Shown in pieces: positions 1 through 15,230 of a DNA stretch of 64,000 nucleotides (positions within the stretch are counted from its first letter, which is position 1; the number at the start of each line of letters is the position of its first letter). This stretch comes from Eledone cirrhosa (taxonomy: Eukaryota). Below the pieces are notes generated by a model. That model did no database searches. It was given only the letters and a program-made list of their open reading frames with translations, and was not told where the DNA came from. The stretch lies in assembly GCA_964016885.1 (NCBI GenBank), contig OZ024741.1, positions 107,012,001 through 107,076,000 on the forward strand. Direction: 5' to 3'. Position numbers and translations under genes: made by a program.

Positions 1-699
1 CACCACCCACCACCACCAACAACACCACTACCACCACTACACCACCACCACCACCACCACTAAGAGTACGTCACAGTATCGCCACAACTTTCGCTCCTTC
101 AAAGAGCACGCCACTGCACCAGCACTAGCACTAGTAGCAGTACCACCACCACCACTACCACCACCACCACCACCACCACCACCAACATCAACAACAACAA
201 CACCACTACCACCACTACACCACCCACCACCCACCATCACCGCCACCACCACCACCACCACCACTAAGAGTACGTCACAGCATTGCCACACTTTCGCTCC
301 TTCAAAGAGCACGCCACTGCACCAGCACTAGCACTAGCAGCAGTACCACCACCACCACCACCACCACTACCACCACCACCAACAACAACAACAACAACAC
401 CACTACCACCACTACACCACCCACCAGCCACCATCACCGCCACCACCACCACCACTAAGAGTACGTCACAGCATTGCCACAACTTTCGCTCCTTCAAAGA
501 GCACGCCACTGCACCAGCACTAGCACTAGTAGCAGTGCCACCACCACCACCACCACCACTACACCACCCACCACCCACCACCACCGCCACCACCACCACC
601 ACCACCACTAAGAGTACGTCACAGCATTGCCACAACTATCGCTCCTTCAAAGAGCAAGCCACTGCACCAGCGCCACCACCACCATTATCACCATCCTAA
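1..699. repeat. Compound minisatellite: 4 copies of a ~85-bp unit separated by variable (CCA/CAA)n tracts
   Basis: taagagtacgtcacagcattgccacaactttcgctccttcaaagagcacgccactgcaccagc begins at ~61, 265, 456 and 609. Confidence 0.9.
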
Positions 700-1341
700 T
701 CTATTCCATTTCCCTGCCACCTTGAAGGAAAATTAATGCAATTTGTGCGTCCGACACTGAATCAGAGCTGATCTAAATAATATGGTGCGTGTTTTAATAT
801 CTTTCAGAGTCAAAAGTGAGCAGACAAACTTCATAAATACACGTTAGCAGTGATGGCTAGGGTCTATATAGTATATATAATCTTACAATATATATTCATG
901 AACTTATATACTTAATTACTTGATTATTCCAATGAAATTAATCGAGATAATTTAACCCACGAGATTTACAAATTATTCTATGATTTGTTATTCAGATTTT
1001 TCCACCTCCTTATTGCCTGGAACAGCCACATTACTATAGAACTATACTATTACGTCTTCATACTACCACATCATCATGCCACTACACTACCATACCATCA
1101 TACAATACCGATGCTACACCATCACACCACCACACCCGAACACCACCGTATCACCACACTACCACCCCACCACATCTCCACCCCGCCTCACTGCAATATC
1201 ATGACACTAATCCACCACCGACCAACCCATTAAAACATTTTGTTTAATTAGGGATGTTTAAATGAAAATGAAGCTGTAGCAATTATATGATCAGTGAAAG
1301 CCAGGGAAGGTGTGAGGCTGAATGGAGAATTAAAATATAGT

Positions 1342-2940
1342 AAGTGTGGTGTGGAGGAGTGTGGTGTAGTGTGGTGTAGTGTGGTGTAGTGTGGTGTGGA
1401 GGATTGTGGTGTAGTGTGGTGTAGTGTGGTGTAGTGTGGTGTGAAGGACTGTGGTGTAGTGTGGTGTAGTGTGGTGTAGTGTGGTGTAGTGTGGTGTGGA
1501 GGACTGTGGTGTAGTGTGGTGTGGAGGACTGTGGTGTAGTGTGGTGTGGAGGACTGTGGTGTAGTGTGGTGTAGTGTGGTGTAGTGTGGTGTAGTGTGGT
1601 GTAGTGTGGTGTAGTGTGGTGTAGTGTGGTGTGGAGGACTGTGGTGTAGTGTGGTGTGAAGGACTGTGGTGTAGTGTGGTGTAGTGTGGTGTAGTGTGGT
1701 GTAGTGTGGTGTAGTGTGGTGTAGTGTGGTGTAGTGTGGTGTGGAGGACTGTGGTGTAGTGTGGTGTGGAGGACTGTGGTGTAGTGTGGTGTGGAGGACT
1801 GTGGTGTAGTGTGGTGTGGAGGACTGTGGTGTAGTGTGGTGTAATGTGGTATGGTTGGAGTTGTAGTGTGGTGGGGTGTAGTGTGGTGTAATGTGGTGTA
1901 GTGAGCTGTAGTGTGGTGTGGAGGGGGTGTAGTGTGGTGTTGAGGAGTGTGGGGTAGTGTAGTATGGTGGGGTGTACAGTGGTGTAGTGTGGTGTAGTGT
2001 GGTGAAGTGTAGTGTGGAGGGGGTGTGGTGTAGTGTGGTGTGGAGGGGTGTGGTGTAGTGTGGTGTAGTGTAGTGTGGGATAGAGAGGGTGTAGTGTGGT
2101 GTGGAGGAAGGTGTAGTGTGGTGGTGTGGAGTGAGGTGTATTGTGGTGTGGAGGGAGATGTATTGTGATGTAGTGTGGTGTGGTGAGGTGTTGTGAGGTG
2201 TGGCGTGATGTGGTGGGGTTTAGGTGGTGTTGTTTGGTGTGGAGGGTGTGGTGAAGTATGATGGGATGTTGTGGTGTGGTATGGTGGTGTCTGATAGGCT
2301 GTTATGGAGTGTGGTATGGTGTAGTGTGGTGCAGTGTGGTGAGTTGAGTGATATGGTGTAGTGGAGTGTGGTGTGGTAGGCGTGATATAGTAGGGTGTAT
2401 AGTATAGTGCAGTGCGGTGTGGTGTGGTGTTGTGTGGTGTGGCTTGTTGTGATACAATGTAGTTTGTTGTGGTGTCTTGTGGTGTGCTATGGTATAGCAT
2501 ATTGAGGTGGGATGGCGTGGGGATGTGCTGTGGGTGTGTAGTATAGTGCAGTGTAATGTGTGTAGTGTTGTGTAGTGTGGTGTTGTGTTGTGTCGTGTAG
2601 TGTGCTGTAGTATTGTGGTGGAGTGCGGTGCAGTGTAGTGGGATGTAGTGTGATGTGGTTTAGTGTAGGGTGGTGTGGCGTGATTTAGTGTAGAGTGGTG
2701 AGGTATGGTACTGTGTGGTGTAGCTTAGTGTGTTGTGGTATAGTTTAGTGAAATGTGATGTAGTGTGTTATGCTGTGTTGTGATGTACTCTGTTATGCTG
2801 TGCTGTGTTGTACTGTGTTGTGGTATATTATACTGTGATGTGTTGTGATGTGTTTTGCTGCGGTGTGGTGTGTTGTGGTATAATATGGCGTGTTATGCTG
2901 TGGCGTGTTGTGTTGTGTTGTGCTGTGGGATGGTGTGACA
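1342..2940. repeat. (GTAGTGTGGT)n pentamer/decamer satellite, degenerating rightward
   Basis: Direct inspection; it produces the spurious His/Thr/Pro ORF 1283..2500. Confidence 0.95.
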
Positions 2941-3371
2941 TAGGCTGAGATAATTATCCTAATTAGAAATAAATGTTTTATGATTGAAATGATTTTGGTA
3001 AATTCTGGAAATTTTTCACAATAAAACATCGTTCGCTGATTCTCTTGTCTTACACGAATTTTTTCTATTTATCATGTTACACATAAGCAAATACATTCAC
3101 TCACATACTTACTCACATATGCACATTCACATATACATACAAACACACACGCATACATACCCTCACACATATATATGCTCTCATATATATACATATACAT
3201 ACACTCATACAAATTATTTCATAAACATACTTTCACATACACCTCACATATGCATGCTCATATATACATGTACACTCACATGTATATATATTCACATAAA
3301 CACACCCTCATATACAGTCTAATATACATACTCACACATATACATACACTCGCATATACATACTCTCATAT

Positions 3372-4224
3372 TATGCTCTCACATATACAAGCTGACGCAC
3401 ACAGACATTGATGCATTCGTCTATAAATATGTTTTCTTATACAATATAGGCGGCGAATTGGCTGAGTCGTTAAAACTTTAGATGGAATGTTTTGTGGGGT
3501 TTGTTCCGATTCTGATCTGAGTTCAAATTTTGCGAATGTCTACTTTGATTTTGAGGGCGATAAAAAAGTACCAGTCGAGTACTGGGTCAATTCTTCCTTC
3601 ATATCTCCTAATGTTTTCCCTGTCACTATATCTCCTTCTCTGGAAGAAATCAGCTGCGTTCAGATCTGGAGAAGTGATGGGCTCTGCCATGTTTAAAGAC
3701 TGCTTAAGAAACACAGTATGTCATTGTAGTGCTCCTATGAATCCAATATCGAAAGAGCGCCGGACAAAGTACTTTGTGGTATGTTACGACTGTACTTTGT
3801 GGTATGTTACGTCGGACAAAGTACTTTGTTCGACGCTCTTTCGATATTGGATTCATAGGAGCACTACAATGATATACGGTGTTTCTTAAGCAGTCTTTAA
3901 ACATGGCAGAGCCCATCACTTCTCCAGATCTGAACGCAGCTGATTTCTTCCAGAGAAGGAGATATAGTGACAGGGAAAACATGAGAAGGAGATATGAAGG
4001 AAGAATTGACCCAGTACTCGACTGGTACTTTTTTATCGCCCTCAAAATCAAAGTAGACATTCGCAAAATTTGAACTCAGATCAGAATCGGAACAAACCCC
4101 ACAAAACATTCCATCTAAAGTTTTAACGACTCAGCCAATTCGCCGCCTATATTGTATAAGAAAACATATTTATAGACGAATGCATCAATGTCTGTGTGCG
4201 TCAGCTTGTATATGTGAGAGCATA
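3372..4224. repeat. ~850-bp inverted duplication with ~400-bp arms, containing an old tRNA-derived SINE
   Basis: The right arm is the reverse complement of the left apart from a few substitutions and a 3-nt indel; mirror ORFs appear in the track; a related SINE lies at ~57880-58160. Confidence 0.95.
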
Positions 4225-4239
4225 TGTATAAGAGTATGT

Positions 4240-4405
4240 TACGACTTTCTTTCTACGTTCTAAGTTCAAATCCCACCGAGGTCAACTTGACATTTCGCCA
4301 TTCTGGTGTCAATAAAATAAAATACCGGTTAAGTGCTTGAGTCGATATAATCTACTTCCCCTTCCTCCAAGTTGCTGGCCTTGTGTCTATATTAGAAATC
4401 CTTAT
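4240..4405 (+). mobile_element. tRNA-derived SINE, old copy
   Basis: B-box aagttcaaatccc and 3' gctggccttgtg motif shared with the main SINE family. Confidence 0.75.
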
Positions 4406-5049
4406 TAGAGCTGTTCGTAATTTTTGTTCGTGTAGGTGACGCCACCTGACTGTAGCAATTCTCAGCTTTATGCTGTAACTACATTTTTCTTTTGTAACCA
4501 TTTAACTTAAATCACTTTCGACTTTCATTCCATGCGGTAAGAGATTTCGTGGAAGAAAATAATAATGGGTTTCTAATTTTCGCAAAAGGGGAAATTCAAT
4601 GATATCAACTCCCAGTACTTGAATGACACTTTATTTTATCGAATCAAGATAGATGTAAAGCAAAGTTGACCCTGGCTGAATTTAAACTCATGGCGCAGAT
4701 TATCGCCCTGAAGAAAATAATAATGATTTCTACGTTAGGCACAAGGCCAGTAATTTAGGATGAAAGGCAAAGCTAACCTCGGCAGCATTTGAACTAAAAA
4801 ATTAAAGGGACGTAACTATATGCCAAAACATGTTTCTGACAATTTACCGATATTGTCAATCCATCGCTCTTATATATTAATAAAATAATAGTAACAATAA
4901 CGGCAGCAACAAAAATACTCGAACCAGGCGTTGTGACCGACAGGTAGTATCAACATAGGAAAATATTAGACGTGTTTACCTTGGTTCTATTTCAAGGAAC
5001 CGCTATCTTCTGATTACTTGATCATCGATCGATCATTGAATCAAACATC

Positions 5050-5437
5050 ACCATCACCATAAGATTTCCCACATGCGATCATTCCGCTGAGTTCATAGCT
5101 TGCAGTAACGGAAGCGACATTCTCTTCTTGCATTTACATAAAACAGGTCTGTTGCTGTGTCAAGTTAGCTATCAATTCCTTGAGTCTTGAAACACGCACT
5201 GGGCCTTCCTATTTATCGTAAGATCAATGGTTCGTTTCATAATGCCTTTTCAAATTGTAATCTTTTGGCGTGGCGATGCAGTTGTTGCAAATTAAACAGT
5301 GTATCTTTCTGTTCACCATTGTGCAAAAATACTATAATTCCCAATTTTCTTGAAATACTCGCCCTTTTTCGTTCAATTTCCTTTTTCTCTTAGCTGGAGG
5401 AGCACTAGTCATGCGGACCGCATGTTTCGTATGCCTG
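5050..5437 (-). mobile_element. hAT/Charlie transposon 5' remnant with decayed transposase N-terminus
   Basis: Minus strand reads KRKLNEKGRVFQENWEL*YF...CLICNNCIATPKDYNLKRHYETNH; TIR-like caggcat...gcggtccgc next to tctaga. Confidence 0.8.
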
Positions 5438-5479
5438 GTCTAGATAGATGAGAAACAAAATCAAGATGTAGTTTATGGA

Positions 5480-5960
5480 ACACCCAAATGATTTAGAAGT
5501 AGACCTTAAGTAGGAGCAATAGCATTCAGAAAGACATGAACGACACCAGATGATTTTGTATTGAAAATTTTGAAAGTAGGTTTATAAGTATGAATTTTCA
5601 TTAGGTTTTCGTAGCTGTCTCAGTGTCCTAGCGGTAGGTACTAAAGTCGATGGAGATCTTGGCCTTGGGTTCAATTCTCGTTAAGAGGTATACTTTTCAG
5701 TTTTTATTTTACAACCAAAAGAAAAAAACTGAAAAGGTTTACCGGGAACCCTACTCCCGACCTGGATCGAACTTCAGACTAGGATCACCACCATCTATGA
5801 CTCATCCAGCTAGGCCGCCGAGACAGCTACAAAAGTATAATAAAAATGAATAATTATAAACCTACTTTAGAAATCAAAGTTAAAAAGATGTAGTGTCGTT
5901 CATGGCTTTCCTAGAGCTCTTAGTCATATTTAGGGTCGACTTATCAATCTTCTGGCTCTT
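5480..5960. mobile_element. Diverged fold-back element whose arms each carry a tRNA-like Pol III head
   Basis: Paired blocks gaaagacatgaacgacac/gtgtcgttcatggctttc, aaagtaggtttataa/ttataaacctacttt, gtagctgtctc/gagacagctac; B-box-like ggttcaattc (+) and gttcgatcc (-). Confidence 0.7.
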
Positions 5961-6151
5961 TGGTGACAACCTTTTTATTCCTATGTGTGTTTAACTGTTG
6001 AATTAATTTAATTTAATTATTTTAACAAAAAAATAATATATATATATGTATATATAGAAACTCGCCACCTACGGAAACCTCTTGTTGAGTCAAAAAGCGT
6101 CGAAGTATTCACAACCTCTAACTGGATTACCTATAACGATATTTTGTTATC

Positions 6152-6202
<51 letters not shown>

Positions 6203-6203
<1 letters not shown>

Positions 6204-6554
6204 TAGCTGACGTACCCAGCTTCGCCCGGGTAAACAGATGATAAGAGAAGACAGGTAAAAGAGAAAATGACTGTATTGGATGTTTGTCTAGTTACAGTAT
6301 GAGGCGAGTCCGTGGTGTCTGTGATACAAAAAAAACAGTAAAAAAATTTTCCATATATACCAGATTCTTCGTTGTACTGTTTGTGCATAATATATGAACA
6401 ATTCTAGGTGCTCCCACCTAGAATAGTGACCTCTAGGAGATGGTTCATCTTCTGCCTGACTGTAAAACGTGTATCATTGCATAGACATGGTTGTTCCACG
6501 TTTCTCAAAAGGATGATGGAAGTTGCAATCTTTTATATTATATGTAGATATAGA
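6203..6554 (-). mobile_element. Non-autonomous Helitron with a PIF1-like helicase remnant
   Basis: Minus strand: 5' TC, 3' hairpin acccgggcgaagctgggt then CTAG; internal peptide IILLRNVEQPCLCNDTRFTVRQKMNHLLEVTILG. Confidence 0.8.
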
Positions 6555-6942
6555 TAATTAATATAAAAGATGTCCGTCAATGTAAAAAAAGGTCCCTGTT
6601 TACTCCCTTCACAACTCTGAGTATGTTAGACTGACAGACAGGCACACAGACAGATAAACTGCGTGGCGATTGTGGAACGCCGCACGTACACACACATACA
6701 CGGATGGAAACGCGCACACGCACGCAAACTTACACACGCACCCGTGCACTTACACACACGCACACATTCACACATGTTGATAGTTTTTACTTTCTGTGGA
6801 ACGCTGCACGCACACACACATAAACATACGCACGCACACATGCATGTTAATACTTATTGCTTTCTTTCCCCTCTTATTTCCACACACATCACACACACAT
6901 GTGTCTCTACACTGACACATAGTGTATCCAAACACAGCGTTT

Positions 6943-7399
6943 TCTGGTTTTCTGCTAGCATGTATAGTGTGTATATTGCTATTATACGCAAGTATATATA
7001 CATGTAGATATGATACACCAAATAAAATCGTAATTGACAATATAAACAGAAATTGAACGAAGACGTTGTTACACTGTCTTATGTAATCAGTAACGTAATC
7101 CATGATACATTAAACAAGACGATATTATATATAAACTGCATTAGGAGAAAATTAGTGACAGAAAATTAGTATGTTTATTTAGGCGATCGCCAACCGGAAG
7201 TGTTGACATTTCAGAAATTTAAAAAAAGTGATTCTTTAAATAAACAAAACATATTTAATCAACAGCCACGAAATTTAGTAGATAAATTATGTAATATTCA
7301 TTCATTATTTATTCAAAGTAATCCAACTTATTTTACAAACGGGATAAAAAAATATATTCTGGACGCAATCCCGCACTCCTTTCTTTGTTATACTTTAGA
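6943..7399 (-). mobile_element. Non-autonomous Helitron, same family as 49517-49988
   Basis: Reverse-complement match over ~450 bp. Confidence 0.75.
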
Positions 7400-7528
7400 T
7401 AATGATTAAACCATTTATGTAACATCAGCATTTTTATTTTTGTTATTTTTGTACTAAATCTCCATCGTAACTACAAACTACGAATGTTGAGTGCTTTCTC
7501 CTGACTGCTCCTATTTTTACCAAAACAA

Positions 7529-7744
<216 letters not shown>

Positions 7745-7974
7745 ATATATATATAATGCCAATCATTGTAATTTAGAATCTAACTGACGTGCAAAAACAT
7801 ATATATATGATTAAGGTAAGCACACAGCATAGTAGATTCAAATATCACAGAGAAAAAGTGAGAGAGAGAAATATATATATATATATATATATATTGGCAA
7901 GAACAAAACAAAAACAAGGAGTGCAGTACAAACAGTGTTGGTATTAGGTTCACGCTTGAGAGCTCGAAGGAAAA

Positions 7975-8255
7975 GGCCAGCGAGCACCTTCGTATACAGA
8001 CGATAAATCGCCGAGCAAATTGTCAAAGGGCGCCAGTTCGACAGGTCGAAAGGGTCCTTCTTGTTCTTCGGAAGAAGGATCGATCTCTCAACCTTAAAGC
8101 CGGTGGGAACCTTCCCAGATAGGAAAAAGCAGTTAAACATGTTGGCGAGCACCGCAGGGTCAGCCGCCCGAATCGCTCTCGGGGAGATGCCGTCGGGACC
8201 CGCAGCCGAGCCGGGCTTCAGCTGCCTAAGTGCGGCCTTGACCTCCGGGATTGCG
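7975..8255 (-). pseudogene. Reverse transcriptase fragment of an R2/NeSL-like non-LTR retrotransposon
   Basis: SAAGPDGI...SILLPK...NWRPLTICSAIYRLYTKVLA. Confidence 0.8.
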
Positions 8256-8342
8256 AGTGAGAGAGAGATAGAGGGGGGGGGGGGGGCAAATGAGGTATGA
8301 CAGAAACGAAACATGGCTTACAGGTTAAAATATAATCTAGAT

Positions 8343-8561
8343 CAGGCATGTTTAACTAAAGATCCCCTGAGGCCCACCTGGGTCAAATATGTGTTGTCTG
8401 AGGGCCACACACGTTAACTAATTGCACACATTACAACTAATTTTTAAAATTTTATATTACGAAGATAAAACATGTTCGCGCTGTAAACACTTTTGTGCGG
8501 GCCGCAGGTGTGCTTGTAAAGGGCTGCATGCGGCCCGCAGGCCGCATGTTGCACATGCCTG
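8343..8561. mobile_element. hAT/Charlie-type MITE
   Basis: TIRs caggcatgt...acatgcctg and subterminal gcggcccgc motifs; target-site duplication (TSD) not preserved. Confidence 0.75.
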
Positions 8562-10384
8562 CTATACACTGTCTCTATAAAACTCTATATTGTATATATG
8601 AGTAGTAATCTATGCGAGAATATATGTGTACGTTTATGTGAATGCATGTGTGTGTGTGTATGTGTCAATGTGTGCATGTATATTCGCATCTGTATATGTA
8701 TCTGTATGTGTATGTGAATGTACTATTTGTGTATGTGTGTATGTGTGCGCGCGTCAGTTCATGTGGTTGTATATTTATGTGTGTATGTGGACATGTGTAT
8801 CTAGCTGTGTGTACATACGTGTATGTGTGTATGTGTCTGGGTTAATGTGTGTGTATATTAGTGTGTGTGCGTGCGTGCGCGTGTGTAATGTGTGTCGGAG
8901 CGTGTATGTGTATGCATAAGGTTATGTGTGCACACGCTTGCGTGAATGTGTGTCTATCTATGTGTGTGTATTGGAGTTGATATGTGTATGTATGTGTGTA
9001 TGGGGGGGGGGGGGGGGTTGATGTATGTGTATGTGTGTGCCTATATTTGTCTGTGTATGCGGTTGTATGTGTATATCTGTGTGTGTATGTCTATGTGGGC
9101 ATGTATGCTTATGTGTGTGCACAAATGTGTACACGTGAGTGTGTATGTCTGTGTATACGCATGCATGAGTGTACAGGTGTGAGTGTATGCATATGAATCT
9201 ACGTGTATGTGTGTGTAGATATGTGTAGATGTGTGTATGTATGTGCATAAGCGTGTAGCTATGCGTGTGTCAATGATTGTGCATATTTGCATATATGTCT
9301 GAGCGTGTATATATGTGCCTGTGAGTGTGTATGCAGGTGTATGTGCGTACATGTGTGCCTGTATGTATGTGTATCTATATGTGCATGTGTGCGTGAATAT
9401 GTGTGTGTCTATATATGTGCGGTGTGTGTTCAAGCATAAATGATGTATAATGTCAGATGTATACAGTGAAATAGTTTACATTTAACATTTAACAAAGACA
9501 AACGATAAAAGTGTAATTATATAATTGAATGAGAGACAAACACAAAATCAATAAATAACTGGTATTTTTAAATATAATTACAGAAAGCCATTTTGGCCTT
9601 TCCTAGTTCAGTTGATGTCGTAGAGTTATGAGCAAGTATCAGCTGATGTCGTAGAGTTATGAGGAAATATCGTCAGGAATAACTTCTAGATGACACTGTG
9701 TCGTGACACTGACCAATACTTGCGCAGAGATTTAGGATTTTAATTAACTTTGTGACGTGTACAAACTTAGTCCGCGTTTATATTATTATTATCATTACAA
9801 ATACTCGCTAAGCATTTTCGCCGGCGCTCTAACGATTCTACTGATGCTGTTATTACCATTACCATTACCATCACCATTACCATCATCTTCACCATCAACA
9901 TCCTCTCGCTCCTCCTACACCATCACAACTACCTCGTTCTCATTAAAATAATAATAATCATTATTATTGGTTTCTCAAGTAGTCGTTACGCATACTTTTG
10001 CACCGTAAGTTTTGTTGATTTTTCACTTGTTTGCATTGCGTTTCTTCTTAATATTTCTTATTATACGCTGTAAATAGAGCATCATACATAAGAGTGGGAA
10101 ACTTCATAATATTTGGGCCCAATTATTACAAACTTTAAACACATTACGCCGACAAAAAGAAAGTGATGGCGACACCCCCACCACACTCGCAAAACAGTGC
10201 AAAAGTATTTCGCACGTGCCAACCATGGCGCCCAATTTCAGTAAATGTTCAACGAGTAATAAAAACAACGTCATCACCGACACCAACAGCCACCACCACT
10301 ACTACAGAAACCAACACTACCGCAAACAACAACAACAACATCAATAACAATAACAACAATAACAACAGTAGCAGCAACAGTAAT

Positions 10385-10572
10385 AATTGTTTCTACTTTT
10401 GGCACAAGGCCAGCAATTATCCCAGTGTATTACTGGTGCTTTATTTATCGACCCGGTAAGGATGAAAGGCAAAGTTAACCTCGGCGGGACTTGAACTTAG
10501 ACCGTAAAGGGCCGTAACTCTATGCTGCAAAGCATGCCTGACATTCTACCGATACTGCCAAACCACTGCCCT
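10385..10572 (-). mobile_element. tRNA-derived SINE (~190 bp, main family)
   Basis: A- and B-box-like motifs on the minus strand; (ATT)n tail; many near-identical copies in the window. Confidence 0.85.
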
Positions 10573-11339
10573 GATAATGAAAACAAGAACAAAAATAAGA
10601 AATTATAAAACGCTCAAGCAACAAGCCAGCCAACAAGCCTGTTAAGCTGACTTGTGGGTTTAGGTCGAACACATGCTGCCACATGTAGAACAGATCCGGC
10701 TATCAGCTGAGTCCATCATGAAGATCACCCCACAGCCTTCCTTTAGCCGGGAAGGACAGGCAGTTTTTATTTGCCCGTTGGCCATAATGAGAAAGGTCGT
10801 GTGGTGGACACGTTGAAGACAAGCTTTATCCTCTTCGGCGAAGTCCTAGTTAACTTTTTCAGGTTTCACTTGAAGAGGAAAATCAGGTGAAGGGGGAAGT
10901 GCTACTATCCATTCAAGTATACATTATGACTCAACAAAACGGAGATATAGGACAAGTTGTAGCTTTCGGCGAATTACACCAGATCATCCCATAAATAATG
11001 TCGCTTTTGTTAATAAGTTTCGAAGAGATAAAGACACAAGTTACACCTTAATTTAATCATGTATATATTCCCCATCTAAATCAAAAACATTCTTCCAGCT
11101 CTGTTAAAGGTTTCTTTTCACTTTGTATTTAGACAGAGTGAAAAGTTAAATGCTGCGGGTGAAATAGGGTTATTGTGGAGCTGGATGGAAGGAAGACCTC
11201 TTGATTCAATCAAGAGGGCAAAGATGCCATCCAAGCAAAAAGGAGATCTACACAACATGGTTTGGAAATAAGTCCTCCTCTTAGCATTTGCAGTAAAAGC
11301 AGACTCGAAGAATCGCAGCAGAGACAAAAAAAACGTCAA

Positions 11340-12789
<1,450 letters not shown>

Positions 12790-13790
12790 CATTATATATT
12801 AAGTATATGTATATCAGTTGACGGCAAAAAGAAACAACTGTTTACGTTTTTCGTCGACACCTGATCATATGTTTTATTAAAGTGATTGTTACACACACAC
12901 AGACATATATATATATATGTATATATATATATTTATATATATTGATTAAAGTGATTGTTACACACACACACACACACATATATATATGTATATATATATA
13001 TTTATATATATTGAAATTTATATATATATATATATATATAAACATACATATTTGTATGCATGTATATATGCATATGTATATGTATCTATCGATCTATATA
13101 TATATATATATATATATGAATGCATGTATGTACGCATTATGTATGTATGTATGTATGTATGTATGTATGTATGTATGTATGCACCTATACATGTGTGTGC
13201 CCCTATAAACGTATATGCAGTGCAGTCCATCTGTGCTTCCATCTGCTCTTTCTCTTATCGTCTGCTATTCATTCAACCGTCCCATCCCATAACACCACCA
13301 CACCATCACTCCACTTTACAACACACAATACACCACACGCTTTTATCTAAATCTCATCTGCACCTTCCATTTCCTCCTTCCTCTCTCTCATCCCCCTCCT
13401 CATCTCTTCAGAATGTCCCTCTTCTATATTCTGTATTTTTATCAGGAAATCTGGCAGTGTTTATAGATTTCTGTGGAGGAATTGTAAATGTGTCTGCCTT
13501 CAGCACTGACCGTCGGTCTTTATCTTGTCTAATATTATTATAGTTTACCTCTCCACAGCCTATTTCTTTCGTAAATTATTATAAAACTCTTTCATACAAT
13601 ACACACACAAATGCACACATACACGCACATACACTTACACACACACATGCACTCACACACATACACAGAAACACAAACATATATATATGTGTGTATGTAT
13701 ATACATATATATATATATACATTAATAAGTTTGTGCGTTTGTGTGTGTGAGTGTGTGCGTGTGCGCGTGTGGGTGTATATACGTATAAAC

Positions 13791-13833
<43 letters not shown>

Positions 13834-13836
<3 letters not shown>

Positions 13837-14428
13837 TGGCTGCCAACTCGTTTTCGAGTGCGGCCACTACTTTATATCCATGTAGGAGAACCCCTACCGA
13901 TGCGCTGAAGGAGTGTGACTTTTTAGTCCAGCCAGCGACTTGAAAACTCTGGTACAAACGCTACACTTGTCACAATTATTGACACATAGTGGTGGGCCCA
14001 TGGTACCATGTGATGACAAGTGCAGAGAGATCTCCAGATATAAAGCAATGCCTGCGCCGTGAAGCTTTTATAGTGAGCAAAGGTACTGCACAAAGCCAGT
14101 CCCACTCTCTTAACCAAGATGATATTTACCAAAAAGAAGAACAAGTCAACATCATTGGATACCACCAGGGTTGCAGGTGTTATATCAGAGTTTTCCTTCT
14201 AGAATTCTGCCTTGACAAAGGCTAAGGGGTCATCTCTCCCGGTGATTTTGGATGGCCATTGACTCTTAAGAGCTCCTTTGCCCTTTGACAGGCTTTGTTT
14301 TTAGTCTTGCAGGATGTCCAAAGTCACCCTCCTCACCAAGAAACCTTGGTGGGGTTGCCAGCTTAGTCGCCAACGACCCGACCATGAGACAGGTTGTACT
14401 GGGATACATGTTACCAGTAGCACCAGCT
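13834..14428 (-). mobile_element. Microsatellite-flanked interspersed repeat, family A (RTE 5'-UTR-like)
   Basis: Close copy at 44818-45302; related copies at 14697-15230, 18965-21790 (interrupted), 30425-30762 and 50472-50812. Confidence 0.7.
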
Positions 14429-14446
14429 ATATATATATATATATAT

Positions 14447-14540
<94 letters not shown>

Positions 14541-14696
14541 TCACATATACACGCACACACATATATATATATATGCATATATACATGCATACACATACGC
14601 ACACACACACACATATGTGTATATAAATATATATGTGTGTGTATGTGTATGTGTGTATGTATGCATGTATGTATGTTCGTATATATTTATATATAT

Positions 14697-15230
14697 ATGT
14701 CAGGTCGTTCTTCAGCGCTTCTAGTAACATGTAACCCAGTACAACCTATGCATGGTCAGGTCATCGGCGACTAAACCGGCAACCCCACCAAGCTTACCAA
14801 GCCAGCTTGATGGGGAGGAGGATTTTGGACACCCTGCGGATGAAAAACAAAATCTGTCAAAGGGCGGACGAACTCAAGAGAGTCAACGGCCATGTAATAA
14901 ATTTTGTGGAGCGAAAACATTGAGACATCTTTCTACTAGAAGGTCACTCTGGTATAAAACCTGCGGCTTTGTTTGCATCCAATGATGTAGACCAGTTCTT
15001 TTTGAGTGAATGTTCATAGAGTGGATTGGACCCGTGCAAAGCCTTTCTTCATTTAAAAAAAGCTTCAAGAACGGGCATCACTTGATGTGTGATATTTTTT
15101 AGTATGCATGGCATTGCTAGCCATAGGCGGGGCCCTAGCTTGACTAGAAAGCCACGTCCGTGATGCTAATGCTTAAGTATCAAGCGATAGCATTACTTGA
15201 TATCGAGTTGCAGTCATCATGTAAGTATGT
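14697..15230 (+). mobile_element. Family A repeat, opposite orientation to 13834-14428
   Basis: Shared taacatgtaacccagtacaacc...ggcgactaa...aaagggc core. Confidence 0.65.

Noticed and set aside
1283-2500. 405-aa His/Thr/Pro ORF and the many YI/HT/CV/RE-repeat ORFs throughout the window
   Set aside because: They are translations of simple repeats
3487-4109. Mirror-image ORF pairs suggesting a toxin-antitoxin pair or duplicated gene
   Set aside because: They arise from the palindrome over SINE sequence and show no protein motif
14720-14895. Twister or HDV-like ribozyme in family A
   Set aside because: The conserved core nucleotides and pseudoknots could not be fitted by eye
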